A DNA stretch of 62,856 nt, the filler included, from Globobulimina sp. (taxonomy: Eukaryota): the NCBI GenBank assembly GCA_003354225.1. It is 21 parts of 21 records of this genome, joined end to end, with 100 filler letters (N's around TTAATTAATTAA, not from the genome) between each part and the next. Parts side by side here need not be neighbours in the genome. Positions count along the whole stretch, not along the records: positions 50,971 to 53,867 come from PIVH01004456.1; positions 53,968 to 56,864 come from PIVH01004457.1; positions 56,965 to 59,860 come from PIVH01004458.1; positions 59,961 to 62,856 come from PIVH01004459.1; 17 more parts are not named here. One strand, 5' to 3'. Both the position numbers and the translations under genes were made by a program. This document shows, one piece after another, positions 51,870 through 62,856 of this stretch (position 1 is the stretch's first letter; each line of letters opens with the position of its first letter). The notes under the pieces are model-generated. The model saw only the letters and a program-made list of their open reading frames with translations, ran no database searches and had not been told where the DNA came from.

Positions 51870-53531
51870 ATGTTTCCATTTGATTTTTTAGCGCAGAAAC
51901 CAATCACATTGGATACTAACAAACAGAAACTATTAAATTGCCCAGAATATGTACCAAAAGTTTGTGCATCAGGTTGGTTTTATACAAATGAGTATAATAA
52001 ATCGATCGGTCCGATCAATATTGGCAATTTACAACAATTATATTTACAAAAAACAATTAATCATTACACCTATGTATTTAATTATGATCACAAACAAAAT
52101 TGGTTTAGAATTTGTGAATGTGAACAATTGCATCATATTCTTCATCGATATCAAAACCAAAAAAATGAAATTGAGAAAACGCTTGAAAGCAAACCTTCGG
52201 AAAAACGTTATGATACAAATGCATTCGTTCAAACTTGTGAAGAAATAAAGAATAATATTGAAACAATTTGGAATGAACAAATCAATAATGATCGATATGT
52301 CATTTTTGATGAATCTGAACTAAAAATCTTTAAATGGAATATAACACCAAATGAATCAGAAACATTTTATGTTCGATTTGAACCGCTAATAATTGACACC
52401 TTTGAATTTAAAGTAATGATCAATGAGCATCAAAAAAGAAGAAATGAAACAATGTATCGATTATTTGAAAAAAATTCTGACGATTTAAAATTAAAAAATT
52501 CAGTTGATTCGTTGTTAAATTTTATAAATTCCAAAAACAAAAAAAAATATAAAATATCAATTGATTGTTATTCAGTTGTATTATTAAAGAAAATTAAACA
52601 AATATTTAATTATCATATTTATGGCAATCAAACGGTATTATTTACATATAATAATTTAAAACATATTTGTGATAAAAATAAACTTTCGTTTGATTTTGGG
52701 AAATATCGTACAAAAATACAAAAAGTACAAGTTGAGGTTATTGAAGAATGGAGGAATAAATTATTTATTGCAATTTCTTTGGATATTTTTTATGAAAATG
52801 TAATAAAACAAAACAAATATGGCATTAAATATAGTTTAAATCGCTTGGATAAAATCATTGAAAATAAAATAAATTATTTTTTAATTTCAAAAACATATTT
52901 TGGTTTTTTAATGCAAGTGCCGTTAATTAAAATACGTGTTTCTGAAACAAATAAAATTGTACCAATCAAAATGTATCAAATTGGAAATGAATTTAAAAAT
53001 AGAAATTGTTTCGGGGAAAGACCCAGTTGGATTGAAATGTATTTCTCATCAAAATTATGTGTCGATGCAAAATGTGATACAAAATGTAGTATAAATGATG
53101 GTTTTGATAACTATGAACAAGTAATGCATTTTGGAGATATGATTGCTGAAATTAAAGAAATATTAAATGATAATATTCAAAACCGAGGACATGAAATAAA
53201 TACAAATTATGACGATGCAAAAAAATATAATATGATGAGTTTGCTGATTGAGAATGAAGATAAAATTATGTCACATCAAAGTATATTATGTATAAAAAAT
53301 AATTGTAATGCTGATTGGATGAAATATGTTGAATGTGGAATCACTAAAAATGATATTTTATATTTAATTGAACAATTTCAAAAAATTAAAAGATTGTATA
53401 TTTTAGAAACGCCGTTACGATTTAAATTAACAAAGAGATCTAAATCATGTCCGTTAATACGAAGAAAACTTAAAAAGAAGAAACGGAAATTTAAAAGCCG
53501 AGATTTATTATTTTCGTCTTTATTTTCATAA
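51870..53531 (+). CDS. GYF_2/DUF4339-domain protein
   Basis: WFY..NKSIGPI....LQQLYLQKTINHYTYVF....NWFRI; remainder unrecognised. Confidence 0.65.
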   Translation: MFPFDFLAQKPITLDTNKQKLLNCPEYVPKVCASGWFYTNEYNKSIGPINIGNLQQLYLQKTINHYTYVFNYDHKQNWFRICECEQLHHILHRYQNQKNEIEKTLESKPSEKRYDTNAFVQTCEEIKNNIETIWNEQINNDRYVIFDESELKIFKWNITPNESETFYVRFEPLIIDTFEFKVMINEHQKRRNETMYRLFEKNSDDLKLKNSVDSLLNFINSKNKKKYKISIDCYSVVLLKKIKQIFNYHIYGNQTVLFTYNNLKHICDKNKLSFDFGKYRTKIQKVQVEVIEEWRNKLFIAISLDIFYENVIKQNKYGIKYSLNRLDKIIENKINYFLISKTYFGFLMQVPLIKIRVSETNKIVPIKMYQIGNEFKNRNCFGERPSWIEMYFSSKLCVDAKCDTKCSINDGFDNYEQVMHFGDMIAEIKEILNDNIQNRGHEINTNYDDAKKYNMMSLLIENEDKIMSHQSILCIKNNCNADWMKYVECGITKNDILYLIEQFQKIKRLYILETPLRFKLTKRSKSCPLIRRKLKKKKRKFKSRDLLFSSLFS

Positions 53532-53968
53532 ATTTATTTTATTACCAAAACATAAATTTATTATATTCTTTTTTGAATACACACTCAGAATATATTGGTA
53601 TTAGATAAATAATACCGATTACTTTTTGAGCATATTTGTTCGAAAATGAATTCACTTCGCAACATATATAATGACCTTATTTTTTATTTTTTATGACAGT
53701 ATTTTTTTGTTATTGCCCAAATTATTGTGTTATGCTAATAATTCTATTAAGTAGTTACTTTTTTCTCTAACTCATAAGAGGCCGTTAATTTGTAGGTTAT
53801 ACTCCGCGCGGATTATTGATTGAACCAATATTAATGTTTGTTTTGATTGTAACGTAAAATAAAATCANNNNNNNNNNNNNNNNNNNNNNNNNNNNNNNNN
53901 NNNNNNNNNNNTTAATTAATTAANNNNNNNNNNNNNNNNNNNNNNNNNNNNNNNNNNNNNNNNNNNNC

Positions 53969-54787
53969 TCTGTATCAAATGGTGCTAAATTTAATGATAA
54001 TGATCAAAAGAAAACATATTCAAAATATTGGGAACAGTCAATTAATGTGTCATCATCGGATATTATAAACGAAATGAAACAGATATCATTTGAAAATAAT
54101 ATAACTTTGATGGGTGGTATTGTAGAAAAAGAGAATGGTTCGTCATCATTGTATTGCACATTGTTAACTATTTCCAATGGTATTCTTTTAAATAAACATA
54201 GGAAATTAAAGCCAACATTTGAAGAAAGATTAGTTTGGGCAGATGGCGATTATAAAGGATTAAAAACGTATCCATTATTCTCCAATAATTCAGATTTTAG
54301 ATTTGGTGGATTAAATTGTTGGGAAAATTGGATACCAAATGCAAGGGCAGCACTGCGTGACCAGGGAGAGATGTTGCATGTTGCTGTATGGCCGGGAAGT
54401 ATTGACTTAACCAAAGATATTACACGTTTTATGGCATTAGAAGGGAGATCATTTATTATTTCTGTGTCTGGTTTATTGAGACCAGCTGATTTTCAACATT
54501 TGAATAAAGATGAATTTCCAATGAAAGATGTCATGACTGAATATGATGGGATTTGGCAAAATGGTGGATCAATGATTGTAAACCCGAAAGGTGATATTAT
54601 TGCTGGTCCACTGCTTAATGCAGAAGGTATAATATATGCTGATATTGATTGTTTAATGGCTATTCAAGAGAGATATAACTTTGATTATACTGGACATTAT
54701 TCCCGTTATGACTGTTTCAATAAACCCTTAAAACAGGAGATTGAGAGGGAATTATTATTGCAGGAAACAAGTGTTTGTTCGGAGTAA
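53969..54787 (+). CDS. Nitrilase (carbon-nitrogen hydrolase), 5' partial
   Basis: HRKLKPTFEERLVWADGD, GGLNCWENW (catalytic Cys), LHVAVWPG, NFDYTGHYSR. Confidence 0.93.
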   Translation, partial: SVSNGAKFNDNDQKKTYSKYWEQSINVSSSDIINEMKQISFENNITLMGGIVEKENGSSSLYCTLLTISNGILLNKHRKLKPTFEERLVWADGDYKGLKTYPLFSNNSDFRFGGLNCWENWIPNARAALRDQGEMLHVAVWPGSIDLTKDITRFMALEGRSFIISVSGLLRPADFQHLNKDEFPMKDVMTEYDGIWQNGGSMIVNPKGDIIAGPLLNAEGIIYADIDCLMAIQERYNFDYTGHYSRYDCFNKPLKQEIERELLLQETSVCSE

Positions 54788-54952
54788 AATGTGCTACACT
54801 TTCATCAAAACTTTAGAAATTAATTTAGACTTTGTATTGGTTGTTAGTAGCCTGAGTTGGTTTAAATTGTAAAACTTAAACGAAGAACACATTCATTTTT
54901 AATTTACTTTTTAAACAATAATTAACGCAATGGATTATTATGTAGTAAATTG

Positions 54953-56374
54953 TTAATACTTTACGATATAACAAGGTAATATTTGATCAACATCAAAAAT
55001 AACAATTTCTTGACCATATTGGTTATTATTGTGTCCAACAACTAAATGCGAATCATATCCACTTTTTAACCCTCTGCCAGTTTGTTGTTGATTTGCATTC
55101 ATTTTAAATACTTTGCCTAAAATAACTTTACAAAGTAACAATGAATCACCGTATCCTCTTGAAATCGATGCAAATTCGCTAAAATATATCCCACCGCCAT
55201 ACCAACCATCATCACCACTGCTTTCTGATAACCGCGATAAATCAAAATTATTTAATACAATACCTTCTACATTCTCTCTTGCGGTGCCATGCCATGCCAA
55301 CACAATATTTAATTTACTCTCATCCTCAGAGCATTTATCCATTAACGATTTCTTTTTAGCTTCAAATTTATTTATTAATGTTGGATTTATAATATATTCA
55401 ACTCCTTGAATTGTTTTATTAATTTCTTGTCCATTCATATTATTCATACCCGCATGATATTGCATATTCCTTTGGTTTGATCGCATAAATTGAGACTCAC
55501 ATCTTCGAAAATGAGCATCGCCATCATCATTTTCTACAAACTGTCTTCTTCGAATTAACTTCAAACGACACACTGTTGCCGTTTTCATTGCTTTTTCATA
55601 TTCTTCTTTCACATTAACTCGAGCTATTTCATTTTCTTCTGCCTGTTTATTATCATTTACATTATTATTATTGTTGTTATTCGCAGAAAAAATATTCATT
55701 CCACCAAAACTCCCACCAAACGAATTAAAAAATGCACCAAATCCTGAACTATTGCTATTATTATTATTGTGATTTAAATTATATTTCTTATTGTGGTTTT
55801 TATAGTTCTTGTAATTATCTGAATCCTCACTGCTGTCGAAATCATCATCATCATCATAATATTGTTGATTATGATGTTTTTTGTCTGTAGCGGTTGATTT
55901 CATTATTAACCGTGCATTATCATCATCATAATCTACAATTTCTGTCAATTGTTTGTCACAATTTTTGCATAATATTGCATCTCCAGTGTTGATTGTATTA
56001 CATGTTCGACATAGCCGTTTTCCAAATAAATCATTCAAAATAACTGATGGCGCATTGCATGCGTTACAATATTCATCTTCTACATCATTTTCTAATGTAC
56101 AGATCAAACAATGCCAGTTTGTTTCTGTTTGTATTTCGACGTTATTTTTATTATTTTCTTTGTGAAATATCATATCAATTTCTTGTTTACTATATAATTC
56201 AGAATCGTTATTATTTTTATCACAATTATTTTGATAGGTTTTGCCATCCGAATTTATGTTTGCATCAATTTTCATAGTGTCTGATGGCTTCGTATTACCA
56301 CACAGCTCACATTGTAATGCCAATGTTTTGTTTCCAGCAAAAGTACAACGAGCACAAATCCATGGGTCGGACAT
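54953..56374 (-). CDS. PARP-like ADP-ribosyltransferase with N-terminal RanBP2-type zinc fingers
   Basis: WICARCTF..CELC, WHCLICTLEN..CNAC, CRTC..CKNC; AWHGT, YGGGIYFS, LLLCKVILG, GYDSH, EIVIFDVDQILPCYIV. Confidence 0.88.
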   Translation of the reverse strand: MSDPWICARCTFAGNKTLALQCELCGNTKPSDTMKIDANINSDGKTYQNNCDKNNNDSELYSKQEIDMIFHKENNKNNVEIQTETNWHCLICTLENDVEDEYCNACNAPSVILNDLFGKRLCRTCNTINTGDAILCKNCDKQLTEIVDYDDDNARLIMKSTATDKKHHNQQYYDDDDDFDSSEDSDNYKNYKNHNKKYNLNHNNNNSNSSGFGAFFNSFGGSFGGMNIFSANNNNNNNVNDNKQAEENEIARVNVKEEYEKAMKTATVCRLKLIRRRQFVENDDGDAHFRRCESQFMRSNQRNMQYHAGMNNMNGQEINKTIQGVEYIINPTLINKFEAKKKSLMDKCSEDESKLNIVLAWHGTARENVEGIVLNNFDLSRLSESSGDDGWYGGGIYFSEFASISRGYGDSLLLCKVILGKVFKMNANQQQTGRGLKSGYDSHLVVGHNNNQYGQEIVIFDVDQILPCYIVKY

Positions 56375-56468
56375 GGCCAATGAAAGAATTAGTTCAAGAA
56401 GATTGTCACTACTGACTACTGAGTTCAGTTCAGTTAATGTCTAAACTCTAAAGCAAGTCTTCATTATA

Positions 56469-56864
56469 ATGACTTCATTTGCGTGTTCTGCTCGACGTAT
56501 TTCCCGAAGTAATACCTATTGTGTATCCCATTCATATTCATTGCACTATAATCAACATAGAACATTCTTGAATCTCCAACTTGGCAAAAAATTCAAAAAT
56601 TGGATGAAAAATTCAGATGAAAGATCAAATAAAAAAGCGTGGTATGGTGAAGCGCGTCGATTCTTAGAATATGAGAAGTATACATTATATTCATTTGATG
56701 CACATTTGCGGACTACAGTGGATTCCTACGATAAAGCCGGAATCGGCAGACGTTCCTTTCGTCGTTTAATGAAATACTTTAACAAAGAGGCGGATGAAAA
56801 GCAGAGGAAAATGGTGGATGAATCTAGACAATTGTTGCATGTGATGGACACATTCCCGAAAGAA
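56469..56864 (+). CDS. Hypothetical protein with mitochondrial-presequence-like N-terminus, 3' partial
   Basis: R/S-rich, acid-free N-terminus ending QHRTF. Confidence 0.5.
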
Positions 56865-57060
56865 NNNNNNNNNNNNNNNNNNNNNNNNNNNNNNNNNNNN
56901 NNNNNNNNTTAATTAATTAANNNNNNNNNNNNNNNNNNNNNNNNNNNNNNNNNNNNNNNNNNNNAGTTCAGTTCTTCGAAATTTCTGATTTATTCTATTC
57001 ATTACGGTCCAATTTTCTCTTAAAATTGTTTTTTCAAACCTCCTTTATTTTGCTACAGAA

Positions 57061-58190
57061 ATGTCTCTTAAAAGCACAGTGATTCGTTTAAAAAAGAAAC
57101 CAACCGCAGAACCAACAGCAGATCATTTTGTATTTGATAGTAATTATGAAATCCCTGCCGTCTTAAAACCGAATGAAGTGATAATAAAAGCATTGTGGAT
57201 CTCAGTTGATCCATATATTAGAGGTATAATGCTTGTAATGATCCAATTTGTCTGTCTGTATAATGTATATAACACTGTAAAGGGCAATTATGGACTGCAA
57301 AAAAAAATAGTATAATTACATCGCCACAGATAGCTCAAGTAATTAGATCAAATTCCTCAAATTTAAATGTTGGTGATATCGTATCCGGTACATTTAAATG
57401 GTCCACATATTCTGTGTTAACAGCGAAATCAGCGTTTTCTGGATTTAAAATTATCGTGAAAGCAAATGATGTTTCACCAAATCTCGATTTACCAAATTAC
57501 TTAGGACCATTTGGCTTAATTGGGGTGACTGCGTACCAGGGCTTGTTTGACATTGGCAAGCTTAAGAAAGGTGAAACTGTGTTTGTGTCGGGGGCAGCGG
57601 GTGCTGTTGGAAGTATTGTTGGTCAAATTGCCAAACATGTGATGGGCTGCACTGTGATTGGGACAGCTGGCTCCGATGCAAAATGTAAATGGTTGACCCA
57701 AGTATTAGGATTTGATGCAGCATTAAATTATAAGACCTACAATAATGACATACGTCAATTTAGAGGGGATTTAAAGAAATCATTTGGCTCATTTGACAAA
57801 AAAGGTATTGATGTATACTTTGATAATACGGGTGGCTTTCAGACAGAAAGTATTTGGGATTTATTGAATTTCAAAGGAAGAGTGGTTGTCTGTGGACAGA
57901 TAGCAATTTATAATAAAATGTTAAAACAACCAAAAATAAATGATTTTCTTTATAAGTTAATATATCAACATATTCGTGTCGAGGGATTTTCAATTCATTC
58001 TTTCCGACGTTATCGTCAGTTTTATAAGGATATGAATGAATGGATGGAGCAAAATAAGATTGTTTACAGGAAAACTATAAAATATGGTATAGATGCAGTG
58101 CCAGCTGCATTTATGGGATTATTTACTGGAGAGAATTTTGGTAAGATGTTAGTTAAAATTAGTGATCCCACACTGAAAAGTAAATTGTAA
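57061..58190 (+). CDS. NADP-dependent prostaglandin/alkenal reductase (PTGR/LTB4DH, MDR family); intron 57224-57282; PTS1 -SKL
   Basis: ISVDPYIRG, GVTAYQGL, VSGAAGAVGSIVGQIAK, GIDVYFDNTGG, GLFTGENFGKMLV; C-terminal SKL. Confidence 0.94.
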
Positions 58191-58396
58191 TACAGTCAGG
58201 ATAATTGACAGCAATGATTGAGAAATTTCCAGAAATCCCTGTTAAATATTATTAATTTAAAAATTTTGGGTGGAAATAATATGTTTTCCCACTAAAAAAA
58301 ACATTCTTCGTACTGAGTCTATATTGATAATGCCCCAGTTATATTGCCTCTCATTCTGATACATTGTTTTAGAACTACTTGAATGTCAGTAATAGT

Positions 58397-59668
58397 ATGG
58401 ATTCTTTATCACGTGATTATAACAAGAAGACACCATCAAAAAAAAGTTATGGTTCAAATGATCCGCCGCCACCAATAACATCATCAGATGAGAATGACAA
58501 TGACAATGAACAACCATTGACAATGTATAATAATAATAATAATGTGAATACAGTATCACCATCGCCATCGATTGATAGCATGCGTGATACAGTTGAATCG
58601 GGACTAAATGTAATCCATTCATTATCTTATTCAATGCATCAATATTCAACAACAACAACCACCGCAATTACAAAACATTCATCCGTATCATACCCATATT
58701 CCTATGATCTGTCATTTAATGACAATGATTATGACAGCAATTATAAATTGATTCAAATTGATGAAAAATCAGAAGCAGAACAATCGGAAAAGTCCACCTT
58801 ATTATCATTACATTGTAAAACTCAAAAGTATGGAAGCGATATCGATATCGATGTTAATGGATTAAATGGAAAAGGATATAAAAGCGTATCATGGAGAGAT
58901 TGGCAAAAAATAAGTAAAAATAGATTTTGCTGTAATGGGCGGATTATGTTTGGATCGGATTTTGGATGTTTTATTGTAACCAATTTATGCATTTGTATTC
59001 CATCCATATTACAATGGTTTTTTGTATTTTCACATATTGAATCTCAATATTTATGCTTGATATCGATATCTTATGTTTTATTCTGTCTATGTTTAATATT
59101 ATTATATCTCTCATCCTTTACAGAGGCCGGTTTCCTGCCTCGTGGATATGAGCAAATACCGCCAATTCATGCACAAATCAAAGCAAATGGATCTAAGTTC
59201 TGTGTTACCTGCAAAATATGGAGACCACCGAGAGCAAAACATTGCAAGTTTTGCAATTGTTGCGTTCGAAAGTATGACCACCATTGCAATTTTATAGGAT
59301 CCTGTATTGGCGAAAGAAATGAACACTATTTCTCTTTATTTGTGTTTGTAATTTCATTATATTCGTTATATTGTATGGTTATAACATTGGATGTTTTAGT
59401 TATAAAATTTACGCAAATCCATCTGCTTTGGGAAACAATTAAGCTGCGACCATTGGCATTTGGCTTAATGATATGTTCATTTTTAGTGTGTACGTGGCTG
59501 GTTCCACTGTCGTGGTATCGATGTCATTTAATTTCTAATCAAGAGACACAAAATGAAAATCTTAAAAGAACATTTAAAATGGATGGAAATCCGTACGATA
59601 AAGGATTTTTCATAAATTGTAAAGATGTTTATTGTGGTAAAAAAGCAAAATCACAAATTAGTCGATAG
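58397..59668 (+). CDS. DHHC palmitoyltransferase (Erf2/ZDHHC9-like)
   Basis: NRFCCNGRIMFG, KFCVTCKIWRPPRAKHC..CNCCVRKYDHHC, 4 TMs, NPYDKG. Confidence 0.96.
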   Translation: MDSLSRDYNKKTPSKKSYGSNDPPPPITSSDENDNDNEQPLTMYNNNNNVNTVSPSPSIDSMRDTVESGLNVIHSLSYSMHQYSTTTTTAITKHSSVSYPYSYDLSFNDNDYDSNYKLIQIDEKSEAEQSEKSTLLSLHCKTQKYGSDIDIDVNGLNGKGYKSVSWRDWQKISKNRFCCNGRIMFGSDFGCFIVTNLCICIPSILQWFFVFSHIESQYLCLISISYVLFCLCLILLYLSSFTEAGFLPRGYEQIPPIHAQIKANGSKFCVTCKIWRPPRAKHCKFCNCCVRKYDHHCNFIGSCIGERNEHYFSLFVFVISLYSLYCMVITLDVLVIKFTQIHLLWETIKLRPLAFGLMICSFLVCTWLVPLSWYRCHLISNQETQNENLKRTFKMDGNPYDKGFFINCKDVYCGKKAKSQISR

Positions 59669-60601
59669 TTCATTTGATGTATGACTTTTATTTTTTGTAC
59701 CTACATGTTTTCAGTTAAATGTTTCCATAAATAATGCCTACAAACAATTGACTACTGCCAACTAAGTTCGGAGGCTTAACATTTGAAAGCATGTCACTTT
59801 TACAGTCACTTCTAGCCGAGATTGGATTTTTAAACTACGATAGCGGTGTACATACGAAACNNNNNNNNNNNNNNNNNNNNNNNNNNNNNNNNNNNNNNNN
59901 NNNNTTAATTAATTAANNNNNNNNNNNNNNNNNNNNNNNNNNNNNNNNNNNNNNNNNNNNAACTGTTTAATAATTTAATATAATTAAAACGAAAAAACTT
60001 AGCTGAAAAATTGAAAACCCAGGATTTAATTTGCTTAATTACTTTGAGAAGATTATAACAGCAATTCACTGTTTGCAACTTTTGCATGATCTTAAGAAAA
60101 ATTAGATTTTGTACTTTGCAATTAATGTTGCCGCTGAATTTGAATGTTTTTAAATGTTATAATTGTCAGATGTTGCTCGGTGTTCTGTCCATATCACAAA
60201 TATTAAAATTTTCATTGAAATATTAAAAAATTAAAGAAAAAACATATTAATTTATTTATTATCACAAATACAAAAAACTCAACAAATCAAAAAACGATAT
60301 GGAATATTAAAACAAAAAAAGATCAGAAAAGATAGTATACAGAGAAAACGATATACTCTCATTATCAAAATGCAAATATGGATACACAAAACACACAGAA
60401 ATGACACAATTAACAGATTCAGCGTACGTGCCCTAATTAAAAAAGAAAGAAAAATGACACCGTTTTTGTTATATAGCACGTTGACTGACTTGAATCAAAC
60501 AAATATTAAAACACAAAAAACAAAGAAAACAAAAACAAAAAAAACAAACCGACACTAGACCTAAAACTTAATACTTAGTATAAAAATGTCCAGATTTACA
60601 G

Positions 60602-61846
60602 TCAGATGGAATCAATGGCAAAACTAGCGACATTTGGCTGAACAATCCCAGGTACAATTTTATCGAAAGCATCCCTTATATTCTCCGTATCGATCGCTGT
60701 CGTTCTTAATATCCTCAATGGTTTACTTAAATTAATATTATTTTCTTGGAATATACTCAAAAATTTACCCGCTACGAACTGCATTACATCGTTTGCGTCA
60801 TTTGGATTCGTTTTATTTTCATCGAAATCGTCAAAACAAACCGTAATGGGAACTTTTTCAATTTTCTTGGTAAATAAGTCATACTTATTAAAAAATAATA
60901 AAATCGACTTATCCGCGAAAAATTTGCCTTTAATCATGACCTCTTTGAACCAATCAATACTTTCAATCAAGCGGTTCGTCTCATTGTCTTCGTATAATGT
61001 TAAGTCATAATCAGATAATGGAACGACATAAATTATCGCTTTTAACTCTGGGTCTAATAATAATTTCGGATTCCACCATTTACGCCGTTCCGATCTGTAC
61101 ATATATTTCAAGCAAAATGTAAGCGACAAACATGTACAAATTATAGCTGTTTCTGTCGAAAAAAAAATAAGTTTCCTAATGCACACAGAAACGATGTATA
61201 ATTTGAAAGTGTGCAAATCCAGAAAGAGTTACCTCGTTCCTCCAACATCGGGGATTTCAAATTGATATTCGCCAAAAGTGTCGACATACTTTTTGAATTT
61301 CATAGGGGAATAACCGACGGATCTGCGCCGAATTCGAATATAGTCATCGAAGTCTGGCGCATAGTCATTGGTCGCGATTTCGTCAATTTTGTTGAAGAAA
61401 TGTTCCACGTTGTCACCAATTTGAAAATAATGCCTCTGTTGTAAGGTAAGACGAATACCGGAGTCATTCCATAATTCTTTGATTTTGAATGCAATGTCGT
61501 GGTTGAATGAGTTGGACGATTCTCGTAATGATAATAATTCGTCGCGTAAATATTCAACACTTCGGTTTACAGCCGTTGGTAAATTATAATTTTCACTTAA
61601 AATTAGGGATTGATCGCATAGCATTTTCATATTTGCAACTACCGCATCGCGGATATAATTGACCATGTTTTTACTATCTTCTTCATCAAAGGTGTGATGG
61701 ATTTTGGTTAATTGTTTTATGATTGTTGTTTTTCCACAATCGGATGGTCCTAAAACTGCCATTTTAATGATTTTTTCTTGTGGCGATTCTAATGCGTTAA
61801 AACCACCGTCATTTTCTTCTTCCTCTGGACTACAGAAACAAAGCAT
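60602..61846 (-). CDS. Heterotrimeric G-protein alpha subunit, atypical; intron 61095-61232
   Basis: GPSDCGKTTIIKQL, spliced DVGGTRSERRKW, LSDYDLTLYEDNETNRLIES, LFFNKYD, TTAID. Confidence 0.93.
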
Positions 61847-62059
61847 GGTTTGTGTGGGAATAAATTGTTTTTTTGTGTTCTATGACGGCAACAATGGTAT
61901 TAAGTACTTTATTTTTTATGATTATTTCAAAACTTGAAGTTGACATTCCCAAAATATTGTTTATTTGACAAGATAACAAAGTATGTATTGTTGATTGACA
62001 TCCATACGAATTGTCGGATTGGATTACATTGCAATACAGAAACTTTGTACCACTGCAAC

Positions 62060-62856
62060 ATGATAAACATAGATACAGATGATATTATCGATAATGAATT
62101 AAAAACGAAGATTGAAGAGTTGATTAAGGAAAACCAAGAATTGCGATTACAGTTGGAAGTGAAAAGTAATTACAATGCATCTGGTCATAGAAACGTTAAT
62201 AATATTTATGAAAACACTCAAAACAGTACAAAATCCGGAGAAATGCAACAAACACAAATTAGACTTTCTGATCCCACATTGAAAAAACTTCCAAATAATA
62301 AGGAAATTAAATTTTGGACAACTGAGGATGGTGAAAAATTATTAATTATCCAGAACCCGGCATCTTCGAATGCATCTGAAGAATTTGCGTGTGAGCCATC
62401 ATTATTTGTTAAAGTGGTTCTTGCCATATTTTTATTAATTCATGGCATGGAAATATGGCCAATGCTCTTTGTTGTGTTTCTCGGATTTTGCTGTCGTTGG
62501 GACAGTGGAGGAGTTGATACTTTATCATTTTGGTTTGCTTCAATGATAACTGTGGGAACTGAGCTTTTTATAATTTCCATTCTGTTGCTCTTATACTCTG
62601 CTGTTGATAAAACAGTTTGTGTCATTTTGATCGTTTGTGGTATCATGTTAGATATGGTCGGAATTTATGTGATATATTGTCATGCAAAATGGCTGCAGCA
62701 AAATAAAAATAAAATATTGCCCAGGCGTACCATTAAAATTGATTATGCAAAAAAGCAAATTATTGTGCAAGAAGCTTTGATTATTTATGGATTTTTTAGC
62801 CGAAAAGTTGAAACTAAGAAAAAAAGTGTCATTCCAATATCGTATGATGATAAATA
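62060..62856 (+). CDS. Hypothetical multi-pass membrane protein, 3' partial (missing from the ORF track because it has no stop)
   Basis: My translation MINIDTDDII...ENQELRLQL...KVVLAIFLLIHGMEIWPMLFVVFLGF... stays open ~265 codons to the window end, with ~3 hydrophobic segments. Confidence 0.7.
   Translation, partial: MINIDTDDIIDNELKTKIEELIKENQELRLQLEVKSNYNASGHRNVNNIYENTQNSTKSGEMQQTQIRLSDPTLKKLPNNKEIKFWTTEDGEKLLIIQNPASSNASEEFACEPSLFVKVVLAIFLLIHGMEIWPMLFVVFLGFCCRWDSGGVDTLSFWFASMITVGTELFIISILLLLYSAVDKTVCVILIVCGIMLDMVGIYVIYCHAKWLQQNKNKILPRRTIKIDYAKKQIIVQEALIIYGFFSRKVETKKKSVIPISYDDK

Overview
This window is not one locus. It is 21 unrelated contigs of 2900 down to 2896 nt, sorted by length and joined by identical 100-nt N spacers carrying TTAATTAATTAA (stops in all six frames), so synteny across spacers means nothing. 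Most contigs are AT-rich, gene-dense eukaryotic DNA with short GT-AG introns (mostly 55-80 nt). A Retaria-type beta-2-tubulin fragment points to a foraminiferan (Rhizaria) host. Recognisable genes: prolyl-4-hydroxylase-like oxygenase, (DHFR-)TS, PQQ/PVA-dehydrogenase-like propeller, MATH-repeat protein, VIT-VWA, Pumilio, peptidase C45, double-Yippee, MetX/Cys2 acyltransferase, SAM methyltransferase, ATAD5/Elg1, ABCC transporter, SPRY-repeat, Myb+U-box, SIN1/Avo1, DDX46-like helicase, kinesin, GYF_2, nitrilase, ZnF-PARP, PTGR-type reductase, DHHC and G-alpha. One contig holds mobile-element debris (PIF1/Helitron-type helicase, non-LTR RT-RNase H, minisatellite). Several contigs are chimeric with bacterial or archaeal fragments, which suggests whole-genome amplification. 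I found no CRISPR, rRNA or tRNA, and no multi-gene novel system I can defend. Best leads: two contigs that close into ~2.78-kb loops (one carrying a complete orphan gene), a hyper-divergent beta-2-tubulin, a G-alpha lacking the catalytic Gln, and candidate horizontally acquired enzymes. Family calls are from motif recognition, not database searches.
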